Virus record (IMG/VR): IMGVR_UViG_3300032334_000450
Coordinates: 1 to 58,325 of that record
Strand: one strand, 5' to 3'
From: a virus
Taxonomy: Duplodnaviria > Caudoviricetes
Length of the DNA stretch: 58,325 nucleotides
The position numbers were made by a program, and so were the translations under genes. Below are positions 27,288 to 37,004 of this stretch, in pieces. Each line of letters opens with the position of its first letter. The stretch's first letter is position 1. The notes below the pieces were generated by a model that saw only the letters and a list, made by a program, of their open reading frames with translations, was not told the origin of the DNA and did not search any database.

Positions 27288-27489
27288 AGAAACCAAAGCT
27301 TTTAGGCTAAGCCAATGTGATTCCTGCGAGCAACGCAACTCAGTTGGAATCTGTAATGCCTGCATGTGCATCATCAAAGCTAAAGTGAGATTCACAGCTG
27401 CTCTTTGTCCCTTGCACAGATGGGGCGAGGAAGGGCCACTCCCAACAGAAGAAGAATTGAATGCCATCAGAAACGATGCTAGACTTTAA
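27271..27489 (+). CDS. small Cys-rich protein (DUF6171-like)
   Basis: R...CDSC...C..C.C....K......CP...W pattern. Confidence 0.7.
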   Translation: MKFVDEETKAFRLSQCDSCEQRNSVGICNACMCIIKAKVRFTAALCPLHRWGEEGPLPTEEELNAIRNDARL

Positions 27490-27522
27490 ACTATCGATAT
27501 CACAACTCCTTAAGGAAACACC

Positions 27523-27876
27523 ATGTCAGCAACTTTTACAATCAAAATAAACGGCATCCGTACTACAACTGTAGGCGAGCGTGCCAACGTCGTTAAGCAA
27601 GTAGACTGGGCATTAGTCGGCAAAGAATCCAGTCAGACGTTTGAATTGCCTCAGAGCACGACACTTGCAGACCCAGATGGCCAGCCTTTTGTTGAGTTAT
27701 CTAATTTGACTGAGGCAGAAGTTACCGCTTGGGTTGAAGCCGCTGCGGGAAACATTGACGGCATCAAAGCCCACATTCAGATGGTTCTTGACAGAGAAGT
27801 CGCTAGAGCCGCATTGGCTGATACAGCCATGCCTTGGGTTCCAGTAGTTGAAACCCCCACAACACCTGCTCCTTGA
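27523..27876 (+). CDS. tail-fibre-associated protein
   Basis: AAGGA RBS; FVELSNLTEAEVTAWV...MPW motif. Confidence 0.7.
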   Translation: MSATFTIKINGIRTTTVGERANVVKQVDWALVGKESSQTFELPQSTTLADPDGQPFVELSNLTEAEVTAWVEAAAGNIDGIKAHIQMVLDREVARAALADTAMPWVPVVETPTTPAP

Positions 27877-27883
27877 GTAAATC

Positions 27884-28099
27884 ATGACGCTGCAAACCTC
27901 CGGGCCAATTTCAATGGAGCAAATTAACGCTGAGTTTGGTCTTGGCGGTAATCTAAACGCCTACCGGGGTAATATTTGGTTCACTGATACTTACGGCGAA
28001 CAAGGTTCTTTTGGGACGCCAATATCATTTAGTGACTTTTACGGCAAACGCGCAACTAATCCTCTCGGCGGCGGTGGCGGCGGCTACGAATACAATTAG
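27884..28099 (+). CDS. small tail-fibre-associated protein
   Basis: MTLQTSGPISMEQINAEFG...ISFSDFYGK pattern. Confidence 0.65.
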   Translation: MTLQTSGPISMEQINAEFGLGGNLNAYRGNIWFTDTYGEQGSFGTPISFSDFYGKRATNPLGGGGGGYEYN

Positions 28100-28113
28100 A
28101 TAGGAATCCGATC

Positions 28114-28347
28114 ATGGACAACCAACAAATCTTTAACTTCGTTGTAGCTATCGCTGCATTCTTGGCCGTCTTTGTCTTTAACCAGACAACCCGGAAAATC
28201 CAAAAGTTGGAAGACGAGATGGTTTCCATGCGGGAAAATATCCTGAGAGACTACGTCCAGAAGGATGACTACAAGTCTGACATAGCCGAGATCAAAACCA
28301 TCCTGCGCCAAATCTTCGACAAGCTTGACTCGAAGCAAGACAAATGA
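28114..28347 (+). CDS. membrane-anchored coiled-coil protein (lysis region)
   Basis: N-terminal TM; YVQKDDY...IFDKLDSKQDK. Confidence 0.75.
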   Translation: MDNQQIFNFVVAIAAFLAVFVFNQTTRKIQKLEDEMVSMRENILRDYVQKDDYKSDIAEIKTILRQIFDKLDSKQDK

Positions 28348-28350
28348 TGT

Positions 28351-28635
28351 ATGCGCTGGCTGCTTATTCCGCTTATCTCGCTCGTTTTCTGGGCGAGTGC
28401 CAAAGCACCCTGCACAATTTCAGACTTCTACGGACTGAGCTGGCTGGGAAACCCCTCGGAGCGGCACCAGAGATTGTCGGAGTGGCTCACCACCAATGGT
28501 GATAATTGCTCTTCGGAGCAGCTAGTTGGTATTTGGAATAATCTTGCCGCGTGGGCGGGGGTTGCGGATAGCGCAGAGTTACGGCAGAAGGTCTTGTTCT
28601 ACTACGCCCGTGCGGTTGAAAGGGAAAAGAAATGA
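28351..28635 (+). CDS. secreted hypothetical protein
   Basis: signal-peptide-like N-terminus; two Cys. Confidence 0.7.
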   Translation: MRWLLIPLISLVFWASAKAPCTISDFYGLSWLGNPSERHQRLSEWLTTNGDNCSSEQLVGIWNNLAAWAGVADSAELRQKVLFYYARAVEREKK

Positions 28636-28868
28636 TTACCTTAGACAAGTGGTACCCCATGGTGCAACCCACCTATGATGCAAGGACAATCGCCTTTGAC
28701 AGAGCCGTTGAAAAGAAACAGGCTGAGTACGACGAAGCCCTCAAGGCTAACAAACTTGAATTTAAAACACGTGAATTAGAGATGGAGCTGTACGACAAAC
28801 GGGCTAGGCAGAATACGATATCGTTAGAGAATATCAACAACCCCCGACGTTTTGCAATATTTGTATGA
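28632..28868 (+). CDS. hypothetical protein
   Basis: ATGA overlap. Confidence 0.65.
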   Translation: MITLDKWYPMVQPTYDARTIAFDRAVEKKQAEYDEALKANKLEFKTRELEMELYDKRARQNTISLENINNPRRFAIFV

Positions 28869-28877
28869 GGACACAAC

Positions 28878-29120
28878 ATGGAAATCACAATGCGCGAAAG
28901 ACTAACATTTTGGGTCACTTTCATGATAAGCATCACCCTATGCTTTTCGGTATTGGCCATGGTGGTTGCGTTCTTGATGGGACTTTGGGCGAAAGAAGTC
29001 GACAACGGCGAGATATTCAAAATGATTTCCCCCGCGTTCTCAACACTTATCGGTGGCATGATTGGCTTCTTGTCGGGTATCAAACTTAATCAAACTGAGG
29101 AAAAGGATAAAAAATGTTAA
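28878..29120 (+). CDS. two-TM membrane protein (holin candidate)
   Basis: two hydrophobic segments; charged C-terminus; GAGGA RBS. Confidence 0.65.
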   Translation: MEITMRERLTFWVTFMISITLCFSVLAMVVAFLMGLWAKEVDNGEIFKMISPAFSTLIGGMIGFLSGIKLNQTEEKDKKC

Positions 29121-29629
29121 CTCTCTTGTCTACGCTGATGTCGTTCTTGATGGGCGGCCTGCCAAAGATTCTTGAATTCTTCCAAGACCGTGCTGATAAG
29201 GCACACGAGTTAGACCTTGCCCAGATGCAAATTACTCGCGAGTTGGAAATGCGCAAAGCCGGCTTTGAAGCCCAAGAGCGCATCGAGCACATTAAGTCTG
29301 AACAGCTTGAAACCCAAAGCGCAGCCAACACAACACAGACCCTGATTACTGCACAACAAGCTGAGATGCAAGCCGTCTACGCTCACGACATGAGCCTCAA
29401 TGAAGGTACATCCACATGGATGAAGGATTTGCGTGCTAGCGTGCGCCCCGTCATTACTTACGGCTTTTTCTTCTTGTTGGTGTTTATTGACGTTGGCTTG
29501 TTTGCCTATGGCTGGAATCGAGGCGTGCCTTTTACAGAACTGGCAGAGATGTTGTGGGATTCTGACACTCAGGCTTTGTTCGCTTCGATTATTGCGTTTC
29601 ACTTCGGTGGCCGGGCTTTTGGCAAATGA
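29114..29629 (+). CDS. 3TM holin-like membrane protein
   Basis: LRASVRPVITY, IIAFHFGGR motifs; immediately upstream of lysozyme. Confidence 0.7.
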   Translation: MLTLLSTLMSFLMGGLPKILEFFQDRADKAHELDLAQMQITRELEMRKAGFEAQERIEHIKSEQLETQSAANTTQTLITAQQAEMQAVYAHDMSLNEGTSTWMKDLRASVRPVITYGFFFLLVFIDVGLFAYGWNRGVPFTELAEMLWDSDTQALFASIIAFHFGGRAFGK

Positions 29630-30102
29630 ACATCTCCGAGAAATGCTTACACATGATCCGGCACCACGAAGGTGTCCGGACAAAACCATACCAGTGCCCT
29701 GCTAAATTGTGGACGATCGGTGTTGGGCATGTGATGTACCCCGAGCAGGGTAAGCTGAAGATTGAAGACCGCAATGCTTTTCAGACAAAGCCAGAGGACA
29801 TGCGGGTTTACACCATGGAAGAAGTCGATGCAATTCTTCGTAGCGATCTCAAACGATTTGAGCAGGGCGTGGCTAAGTTTTGCCCAGTACCCCTTACACA
29901 AGGTATGTTTGATGGCCTTGTTAGTTTTAGTTTCAATGTCGGTCTTGGAACACTCCAGCGTTCAACGCTTCGTCAGAAACTTCTTCGCGGGGATAAAGAG
30001 GGCGCTGCTGAGGAACTCCTGAAGTATTGCATGGCGGGCGGTAAGGTGTTAAAAGGCTTGCAAAAACGTCGCATCGATGAACGTGCCTTATTTATGAGTT
30101 AA
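29626..30102 (+). CDS. endolysin, GH24 lysozyme
   Basis: HEG.R...Y.C....WTIGVGH; FDGLVSFSFNVG; GLQKRR..E. Confidence 0.93.
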   Translation: MNISEKCLHMIRHHEGVRTKPYQCPAKLWTIGVGHVMYPEQGKLKIEDRNAFQTKPEDMRVYTMEEVDAILRSDLKRFEQGVAKFCPVPLTQGMFDGLVSFSFNVGLGTLQRSTLRQKLLRGDKEGAAEELLKYCMAGGKVLKGLQKRRIDERALFMS

Positions 30103-30132
30103 GACTACAATCGGTGCATATAGGAGTGAGCT

Positions 30133-31776
30133 ATGGCCGTTATTCGCTTTGGGGGCTTCGGCGGTGAAAACCGAGCGATTAACCCCGTCATGTTTCCTGA
30201 TACTGTAGGCGTTGTTTCCCGCAACCAAAAGCCCGGGCGCGGTGACTTGCGTGCTTGGAAATCCCCAACAACTGTTGCAACTGTCCCCTCTGGCCGCCAG
30301 ACTATTTATCGCATGGGTCGTGACGTAAACTCCGACTCTCAGTATTGGCTTAGCTGGACAGGTACTGTTAACGTGGTTCGAGGCTTTGATGCTGCGGACA
30401 CTACAGAGCAAACATACTACACAGGTGATGGCGCTCCTAAATTCACCAACAACGTCATTGGCTTAGCCACTGCACCCTACCCCACAACAAGCCGCCCCAT
30501 GGGGCTGCCAGCGCCCGTAGACGCGCCCACAGTATCTGGAACAAACTCCAGCTCTGCAGAACCCGTGGTTGAGTATTACTACTATGTATATACCTACGTG
30601 AACAGTGCAGGCTGGGAATCCGCTAACTCGCCCGTGAGTGCTCTTGTAACCCGTGACAACCTTGGCTCAACGACCATATCTAACTTTAGTGCGGCCCCAT
30701 CGGGCAACTACGACATTGTCAAAATCCGCATTTACCGCACACAGGGTAGCTCCACTGGCACAGACTTTTACTTCTTGCGTGAGATCGCTACCGGCACTTC
30801 GTCTACAACTGACGACAACCGAGACCTTGGTGAGATTCTTGGAACTGCTAACTGGCTTCCAGCCCCCGGTATTCCGACAGGCGGCACATCGAACATTACA
30901 GAGCCAACGCTTTCTAACCTGACAGCTATGTGGAACGGCATGATGGCCGGCATCTCTGGTAACTCTGTGCGTATCTGTGAACCTTACGCGCCATATGCAT
31001 GGCCTGCTGCTTATGAAATTATTCCTCCTGATAGCAAGCCTGTTGGCCTTGGAGTGTTTGGTCAGGCTATGCTGGTATTAACCACAGGTCGTCCGCTGAT
31101 TACGCAGGGCTCTACGCCTGATGGCATGGATCAACAACCGCTTGAGATACAGCAAGGCTGCGTTGCGGCACGCTCTATTGTGAGCATGGGTACTGGTATT
31201 GCTTGGGCATCTGAGGATGGTCTGTGCTGGTTCGGAGCCGGCGGCCCTCGTGTTCTGACAAACGGAATCATGCTCCGCGAAGACTGGCAAGCCCTTGTGC
31301 CGACTAGCATCATTGGTAAGATGTATGAGGGTTTGTACCTAGGTAGTTATGATGATGGTTCCGGCCGCAAGGGATTCCTCATTGACCCCAACGGCGGAGG
31401 TATGTACTTCCTCGATACTGGCTACGAAGCTATGTACTTTGATAGCCTTAAGGATCAACTGTATGTATTAACAGGTACAAACATAGGTAAGTGGGATACC
31501 GGTACCTCGATGACTTATCGTGCACGCAGCAAACCATTCCGCCAAGGCTCCCCAATCAACTACGCTGCCGCGCAAGTAAACGCAAACGCATACCCTGTGA
31601 CTTTCCGTTTGTACGCCGATGGTTCACTCAAGCACACGCAGACCGTTGCAGACCGCAATCCGTTCAGACTGCCCAGTGGTTATCGCGCCTTTGAATTCCA
31701 GATTGAGCTCGAGGGAACCAACCCCGTGCAGGACGTGGCTATTGCAACATCTGTTGAGGAATTGAAGCAGATATGA
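30133..31776 (+). CDS. tail nozzle / stabilisation protein
   Basis: 547 aa beta-rich; EPYAPYAWP, GCVAARSIV, FRLPSGYR motifs. Confidence 0.65.
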   Translation: MAVIRFGGFGGENRAINPVMFPDTVGVVSRNQKPGRGDLRAWKSPTTVATVPSGRQTIYRMGRDVNSDSQYWLSWTGTVNVVRGFDAADTTEQTYYTGDGAPKFTNNVIGLATAPYPTTSRPMGLPAPVDAPTVSGTNSSSAEPVVEYYYYVYTYVNSAGWESANSPVSALVTRDNLGSTTISNFSAAPSGNYDIVKIRIYRTQGSSTGTDFYFLREIATGTSSTTDDNRDLGEILGTANWLPAPGIPTGGTSNITEPTLSNLTAMWNGMMAGISGNSVRICEPYAPYAWPAAYEIIPPDSKPVGLGVFGQAMLVLTTGRPLITQGSTPDGMDQQPLEIQQGCVAARSIVSMGTGIAWASEDGLCWFGAGGPRVLTNGIMLREDWQALVPTSIIGKMYEGLYLGSYDDGSGRKGFLIDPNGGGMYFLDTGYEAMYFDSLKDQLYVLTGTNIGKWDTGTSMTYRARSKPFRQGSPINYAAAQVNANAYPVTFRLYADGSLKHTQTVADRNPFRLPSGYRAFEFQIELEGTNPVQDVAIATSVEELKQI

Positions 31777-34700
31777 GAAACGATATCCCCAGCGACAGCG
31801 CCAGTAATTTTGGCCCTCGCGTACGCGAAACCTTGATGACCTATTTGGGTAAGCAGGGCGACCCGCTCGACCGCGGTCTTATTTTGCGTGACCTTGTTGA
31901 AGCTGGGATTATCTCTCTTAGCAACTATAACTTTGGCGGTGGCGTAGCTCCGATTACTGTTGGCAATGCAATCATCGACGAGGCTGACTTAACTCCTCCG
32001 CCAACTCCGACGGGCTTTACCGCAACAGCCGCAATTACTAACCTGATTGTTGAGTGCGACGACCCCACGTACAGACAAGGCCATGGCCACAAACAGTCAC
32101 GTCTTTATGGCGCTAAACGCGCAGGCAGCGCACCTCAGCCTGTCTTTGCCGATGCCATAGAAATCACCCAGTTTGCTGGTGCAGTAACTTCATACTCAAC
32201 AGACCCTGCTACCGAGTGGCACTTGTGGCTTAAGTGGGAAACCAAAGACGGCGTGCTCAGCATAAGCCCCGCGGGTGGAACTAATGGAGTTGTTGTAACC
32301 ACAGGCCAAGACGTCGCCAAACTCCTCGAAGCGCTTACTGGAAAGTTACGGGCTGAACAACTGTACTCTGATTTGGGTTCTCGGATTAACCTGATTGATG
32401 CAGAGGCAAGTGTCCCCGGCTCAGTTAACGCCCGTGTTGGCGCGGTACAGGCACAGATCAACGACATCCAGAATACGCCCGCATACTCAGGTTCTGTTAC
32501 GTACTCTGCAAACGACTTGGTAACATATAACGGCGCTATCTACCAAGCGAAGTCTACAACGACTGGCAATCTACCTACCAACACTACTTATTGGACAAAG
32601 GTCGGAGATTACACATCTCTGGGTCAGGTGGTTGCGGCCCATACTACACAGATTGCAACAGTTGTTAGTGACCTTGCAGCGGAAGTAACTCTTCGCCAGA
32701 CTCTGGATGCCCAAGTCAACAATGCTACTACTGGTCTTCCCGCTACCCGCGCAAACCTATCGACAAACTATTACACCAAAGCTGCCACAGATTCCGCGAT
32801 TGCTTCGGCGACTAGCGTACTAGTTTCTACGACTGCATTGAATTCCGCACTAAGTAATTACACCAATACTGCAGGTTTGGTAGCGGACTATTACACAAAG
32901 ACAGCAACAGACGCCGCAATTAGTTCTGCTACGCAGTACCTTGTATCCAACACAGGTTTGAGCAACGCCTTAAGTGCGTATACCAACACAGCAACCCTGA
33001 CTGCAAACTATTACACAAAGACAGCCGCAGACTCGGCCATTAGCCAAGCAACGCAGAATCTCGTATCTAACACAGGGCTTACAACTGCCTTAAACGCGTA
33101 CACCACTACAGCGACTCTTAACACGCTGTACTACACCAAGACTGCCACCGACTCGGCGATTAGCGCGGCTACATCTAACTTGGTATCAACGACTGCTCTT
33201 AATAGCGCCCTGAGTGCATACACAAATACAGCAACGCTTACAACTAACTACTACACCAAGACCGGTGCTGACACCGCTATCAGTAATGCAACGACCAATC
33301 TGGTCTCCAACAGCGGCTTGGCTTCTACACTAAGTAATTACCCTACTACTTCTACGCTGACGACAAACTACTACACCAAGACAGCTACCGACTCTGCAAT
33401 CAGTTCCGCCACATCAACGCTTGTATCTACAAGCACACTAAACAATTACACAACAACTGCTGCACTGCAAGCCAACTATTACACCAAGGCGAGCGGCACT
33501 GATCTCGAGGGTAAGTACACGGTCAAGGTTGACCTCAATGGTTATGTCTCCGGCTATGGCTTGGCTTCTACCGCTAACACGGCTGGGGCTTCTAGTACTT
33601 TTGCTGTACGTGCGGATTCGTTCTATATTGCAAGCCCTAGCGGCCCGGGGATTAGCCCCACGATGCCATTCATTGTCCGGACAACACCTGTCACCATCAA
33701 TGGCGTAGATGTCCCCGTTGGCGTTTACATGACCGATGGCTACATCCAGAACGGCACAATTACAAACGCCAAGATCGCCGACCTCGCAGTTGACAACGCC
33801 AAGATTGCTTTCCTGTCTGCTGACAAAATTAGAGCCGGCTCAATCAGTGTTGGTCAATACATTCAGTCAGCTAACTACGTCTCGGGCTCTTCGGGCTGGA
33901 AGATTAACGGTGATGGTGCTGCTGAGTTTGCCGCTGCCTCTATCCGTGGGCAACTGGTTGCGTCTCAGATTAACTCTGCGGGTTTATCCATCCGTGCGGC
34001 CGACGGCTCAATCATTCTGTCTGCGGGCTCCAGCGTTGCGGCAAGTTCTTTCGGAGGCAATGTCACAGGGTCTCTGGCTGGTACTGCGGCTTCGACTGTT
34101 GTAAATACAGCAAACTCTGCTTCATCTGCTGCGGCCACTGCTCAAGGCACGGCTAACTCGGCTGCTTCTGCGGCTTCTACCGCACAGGGTACAGCTAATA
34201 CAGCTGTCAGCGCAGCTTCTACTGCTCAGGCTACGGCCAACAACGCCGCCTCCGCAGCCTCTAATGCACAATCTACAGCTAACGCTGCTGCCTCCGCCGC
34301 CGCCACTGCTCAAGCTACTGCTGACGCCAAACTTTCAAGATCGGGTGCGCAGATTCTGACTGGCCCTGTGACGCTAAATTCAACAGGCGCGATTACTGTG
34401 GGCAACCCTGCGATTAACGGCGTCCCCGGGTACAACGGTTACTACATTGGTAGCACGGGTATTGTTGGCACGCAGAACGGCAATGTAACTTTTGCTCTGG
34501 ACAACGCAGGTAACGCTACGTTTAAAGGCAACTTAACTGGCGCATCTGGTACGTTTGGTGGCTCTGTTGCCGTGGGTTCTAGCCCCGAAGTCTCTGGCAC
34601 ATCCATGACCGGTTATGGTGCAAAGATTAACAATGACGGCACATTTGCATTTGGCAACCCAACAACCAACATCTCCTACAACGGCGGAGCGGTAAACTTA

Positions 34701-35138
34701 AACGGCGACTTGATCGCCACGGGTAACATTAAGTCTAATGCTGTAACAACCACCCGCTTTAATTTTAAACAAGCCAACACCGAGCTGACAGGAGGTGTAT
34801 GGACAACCATACTTTCTGTACCAATAACTAGCACTGGCGGGTCTTTAGTAATAACTACAAACGGCAACCAAAAAGTTGGTTATAACATTGAGGGGGAAGG
34901 AACTACTCCGGTGGCCCCTACGTTCCGATTACTAAGAGACTCAAACGAACTAGTTGTAAAAACAATTCCGGGCGGCCTTGGCATTTATGGATCGTGTGAT
35001 GCAAGTATGAACTATGTCGATGAGCAACCGCCGGGTACTTACACTTACTACCTCCAAGGCAATGGGCAAAGCGCATCTAGCGGCGATTACCCGGGTGTTT
35101 CTATTGCGTTTTTATTAGTCACGGAACTCAAACGATGA
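31773..35138 (+). CDS. tail spike / host-specificity protein (DUF1983-like) with internal repeats
   Basis: YTVKVDLNGYVSGYGL...FAVRADSFYI...IQNGTITNAKI; 41-aa and 14-aa repeats. Confidence 0.8.
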   Translation: MRNDIPSDSASNFGPRVRETLMTYLGKQGDPLDRGLILRDLVEAGIISLSNYNFGGGVAPITVGNAIIDEADLTPPPTPTGFTATAAITNLIVECDDPTYRQGHGHKQSRLYGAKRAGSAPQPVFADAIEITQFAGAVTSYSTDPATEWHLWLKWETKDGVLSISPAGGTNGVVVTTGQDVAKLLEALTGKLRAEQLYSDLGSRINLIDAEASVPGSVNARVGAVQAQINDIQNTPAYSGSVTYSANDLVTYNGAIYQAKSTTTGNLPTNTTYWTKVGDYTSLGQVVAAHTTQIATVVSDLAAEVTLRQTLDAQVNNATTGLPATRANLSTNYYTKAATDSAIASATSVLVSTTALNSALSNYTNTAGLVADYYTKTATDAAISSATQYLVSNTGLSNALSAYTNTATLTANYYTKTAADSAISQATQNLVSNTGLTTALNAYTTTATLNTLYYTKTATDSAISAATSNLVSTTALNSALSAYTNTATLTTNYYTKTGADTAISNATTNLVSNSGLASTLSNYPTTSTLTTNYYTKTATDSAISSATSTLVSTSTLNNYTTTAALQANYYTKASGTDLEGKYTVKVDLNGYVSGYGLASTANTAGASSTFAVRADSFYIASPSGPGISPTMPFIVRTTPVTINGVDVPVGVYMTDGYIQNGTITNAKIADLAVDNAKIAFLSADKIRAGSISVGQYIQSANYVSGSSGWKINGDGAAEFAAASIRGQLVASQINSAGLSIRAADGSIILSAGSSVAASSFGGNVTGSLAGTAASTVVNTANSASSAAATAQGTANSAASAASTAQGTANTAVSAASTAQATANNAASAASNAQSTANAAASAAATAQATADAKLSRSGAQILTGPVTLNSTGAITVGNPAINGVPGYNGYYIGSTGIVGTQNGNVTFALDNAGNATFKGNLTGASGTFGGSVAVGSSPEVSGTSMTGYGAKINNDGTFAFGNPTTNISYNGGAVNLNGDLIATGNIKSNAVTTTRFNFKQANTELTGGVWTTILSVPITSTGGSLVITTNGNQKVGYNIEGEGTTPVAPTFRLLRDSNELVVKTIPGGLGIYGSCDASMNYVDEQPPGTYTYYLQGNGQSASSGDYPGVSIAFLLVTELKR

Positions 35139-35539
35139 TCTACACTATATACAACACAACTACGGGACAAATACTCAGAGTTGTTGGAACGGATGACATT
35201 CAAGAGCAGCTTGGCGTAGGTGAGGCGTACTTTGAGGGTTGGTGCGATGATAGTAAATACTATGTAAAAAACGGCGCCTTAGTTGAAATCCCGCCAAAGC
35301 CAAGCCAATACTCCAACTTTAACTATGAGACAAAACAGTGGGTTGAAAATACCTCTTTATTAATTGTTGATGTAAGGGCCAAACGCAAGTTGTTGCTTAG
35401 TGGCTCCGACTGGACTCAATTGCCCGACGTACCATTGACTACTAAGACCACATGGGCTACCTATCGTCAAGCGCTCAGGGATATCACAACGCAATCTGGA
35501 TATCCTTTTGAAATCGTCTGGCCAACTCCACCACAATAA
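35135..35539 (+). CDS. tail fibre assembly chaperone
   Basis: R..R..LL..SDWTQLPDVP...W..YRQALRDIT.Q.GYP..I.WP.PP signature. Confidence 0.85.
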   Translation: MIYTIYNTTTGQILRVVGTDDIQEQLGVGEAYFEGWCDDSKYYVKNGALVEIPPKPSQYSNFNYETKQWVENTSLLIVDVRAKRKLLLSGSDWTQLPDVPLTTKTTWATYRQALRDITTQSGYPFEIVWPTPPQ

Positions 35540-35553
35540 TACATAATACGCAA

Positions 35554-35970
35554 ATGGCAGAACTTGTCTTTAACCAGAAGGATCGGATTGGCGCTTGGGT
35601 TGCAGAGCGTGTGGGTCAGGCTGGAGATTGGGGAAGTTTTTATGCTCTTGGCGTTGTTAACGGCGAAGAAGTCCTAGCCGGAGTAGTCATAAACAATTAC
35701 AATGGCGCAAATGCTACATGTCATATTGCGATCGCACGGCAGACTAAGCAGTTGATTTCCCTCTTAGAGCATGTGTGCAACTATGCATTTAATCATTGCC
35801 AGCTGAAAAGACTAACTGGTATGGTACCCACAAATGAACCCCACATCATAGAATTTGACAAGCATCTTGGATTTGAGGAAGAGTTTGTAATGAAGGACGG
35901 CGCACCCGGCGCTGATATGCAGATTTTGGTAATGCGGCCTGACACTTGTCCTTGGCTGCGCAAGGAGTAA
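35554..35970 (+). CDS. GNAT-fold protein of the virion module (P22 gp14-like)
   Basis: YAF...LKRLTGMV..N......HLGF.EE; located before ejection proteins. Confidence 0.75.
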   Translation: MAELVFNQKDRIGAWVAERVGQAGDWGSFYALGVVNGEEVLAGVVINNYNGANATCHIAIARQTKQLISLLEHVCNYAFNHCQLKRLTGMVPTNEPHIIEFDKHLGFEEEFVMKDGAPGADMQILVMRPDTCPWLRKE

Positions 35971-35972
35971 AT

Positions 35973-37004
35973 ATGGGCGGAAAATCGTCACCACCACCAC
36001 CGGACTACTCGGGCCTGACTGCTGCCACAGATCGGGCGACTGCTACTGCTGAACGCTTGAGCAATCGGTCTATGGACTTTGCAGAACGTCAGTATGAGGA
36101 GATGAAACCTCTGGCGCAACGCGTTGCCGCCCAGCAGATGGCTGCCCAAGAGCAGCAGATGAAACAAGCTCAAGATTACTACGACTACCAACAAAAAACG
36201 TTTCGACCGTTAGAGACTGGATTGGTACAGCGAGCGCAAGATTACAACACTGAAGCCAACCGCACACAACTTGCGGCTCAAGCCGCTGCCGACGCAGCTA
36301 ATGCATTCCAAGGCGCACAAAACGTATCTAGTCGTGAGATGGCTCGCCGAGGTATAAACCCATCTTCTGGTGCAGGTATTATGCTTCGTAACCAGAACGC
36401 TTTGGGTCTTGCATCAATGACTGCGGGTTCCGCTAATAACGCACGCCGAGTTGCAGAACAGACTGGTTGGGCTCGTAGCATGGATGTTACTGGTCTTGGT
36501 CGTGGTCTTGCCGGTGCTTCACTTGGTGCATACAGCGGCGCTAATTCTGCTGGTACTGCGGGCCTTGGTTCCGCCATGTCGGCAGGTTATCAATTCACTA
36601 ATGCGTTTGGCAAAGGTGCAGATTATGCCATGACTGGTGCTCAGATGGGTATGACCGGTGCAGGCAATATCCTTACCTCACAGACAAATGCTTATAACGC
36701 CGGTATGGCTCAGCAGGGTCTCGACGTCGGTGGTTTGTTAACTGGAGCAGCTAAGGCTTACACAGCGTTCTCTGATCGTCGCCTTAAAGAAAATATTCAA
36801 ATGGTCGGCCGCGACGAGCGCACTCAGTTGCCGCTTTATGAGTTTGAATATATCAACGGTTCTGGTAAACGTTACCTTGGTGTCATGGCACAAGATGTTA
36901 TTGAGACATATCCAGATATGGTCTTTACAATGCCTGATGGTTTTATGGCAGTGAACTACGCCGGACTAGGCATTGAAATGGTGGAGGTGGATCATGCGGC
37001 TTAA
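35973..37004 (+). CDS. internal virion/ejection protein with C-terminal Peptidase S74-like domain
   Basis: MGGKSSPPPPDY start, A/G/Q-rich body, FSDRRLKENI...GVMAQDV...VNY. Confidence 0.75.
   Translation: MGGKSSPPPPDYSGLTAATDRATATAERLSNRSMDFAERQYEEMKPLAQRVAAQQMAAQEQQMKQAQDYYDYQQKTFRPLETGLVQRAQDYNTEANRTQLAAQAAADAANAFQGAQNVSSREMARRGINPSSGAGIMLRNQNALGLASMTAGSANNARRVAEQTGWARSMDVTGLGRGLAGASLGAYSGANSAGTAGLGSAMSAGYQFTNAFGKGADYAMTGAQMGMTGAGNILTSQTNAYNAGMAQQGLDVGGLLTGAAKAYTAFSDRRLKENIQMVGRDERTQLPLYEFEYINGSGKRYLGVMAQDVIETYPDMVFTMPDGFMAVNYAGLGIEMVEVDHAA

Noticed and set aside
21945-35138. Diversity-generating retroelement or invertible tail-fibre cassette
   Set aside because: No reverse transcriptase, invertase or adenine-specific TR/VR pair seen.
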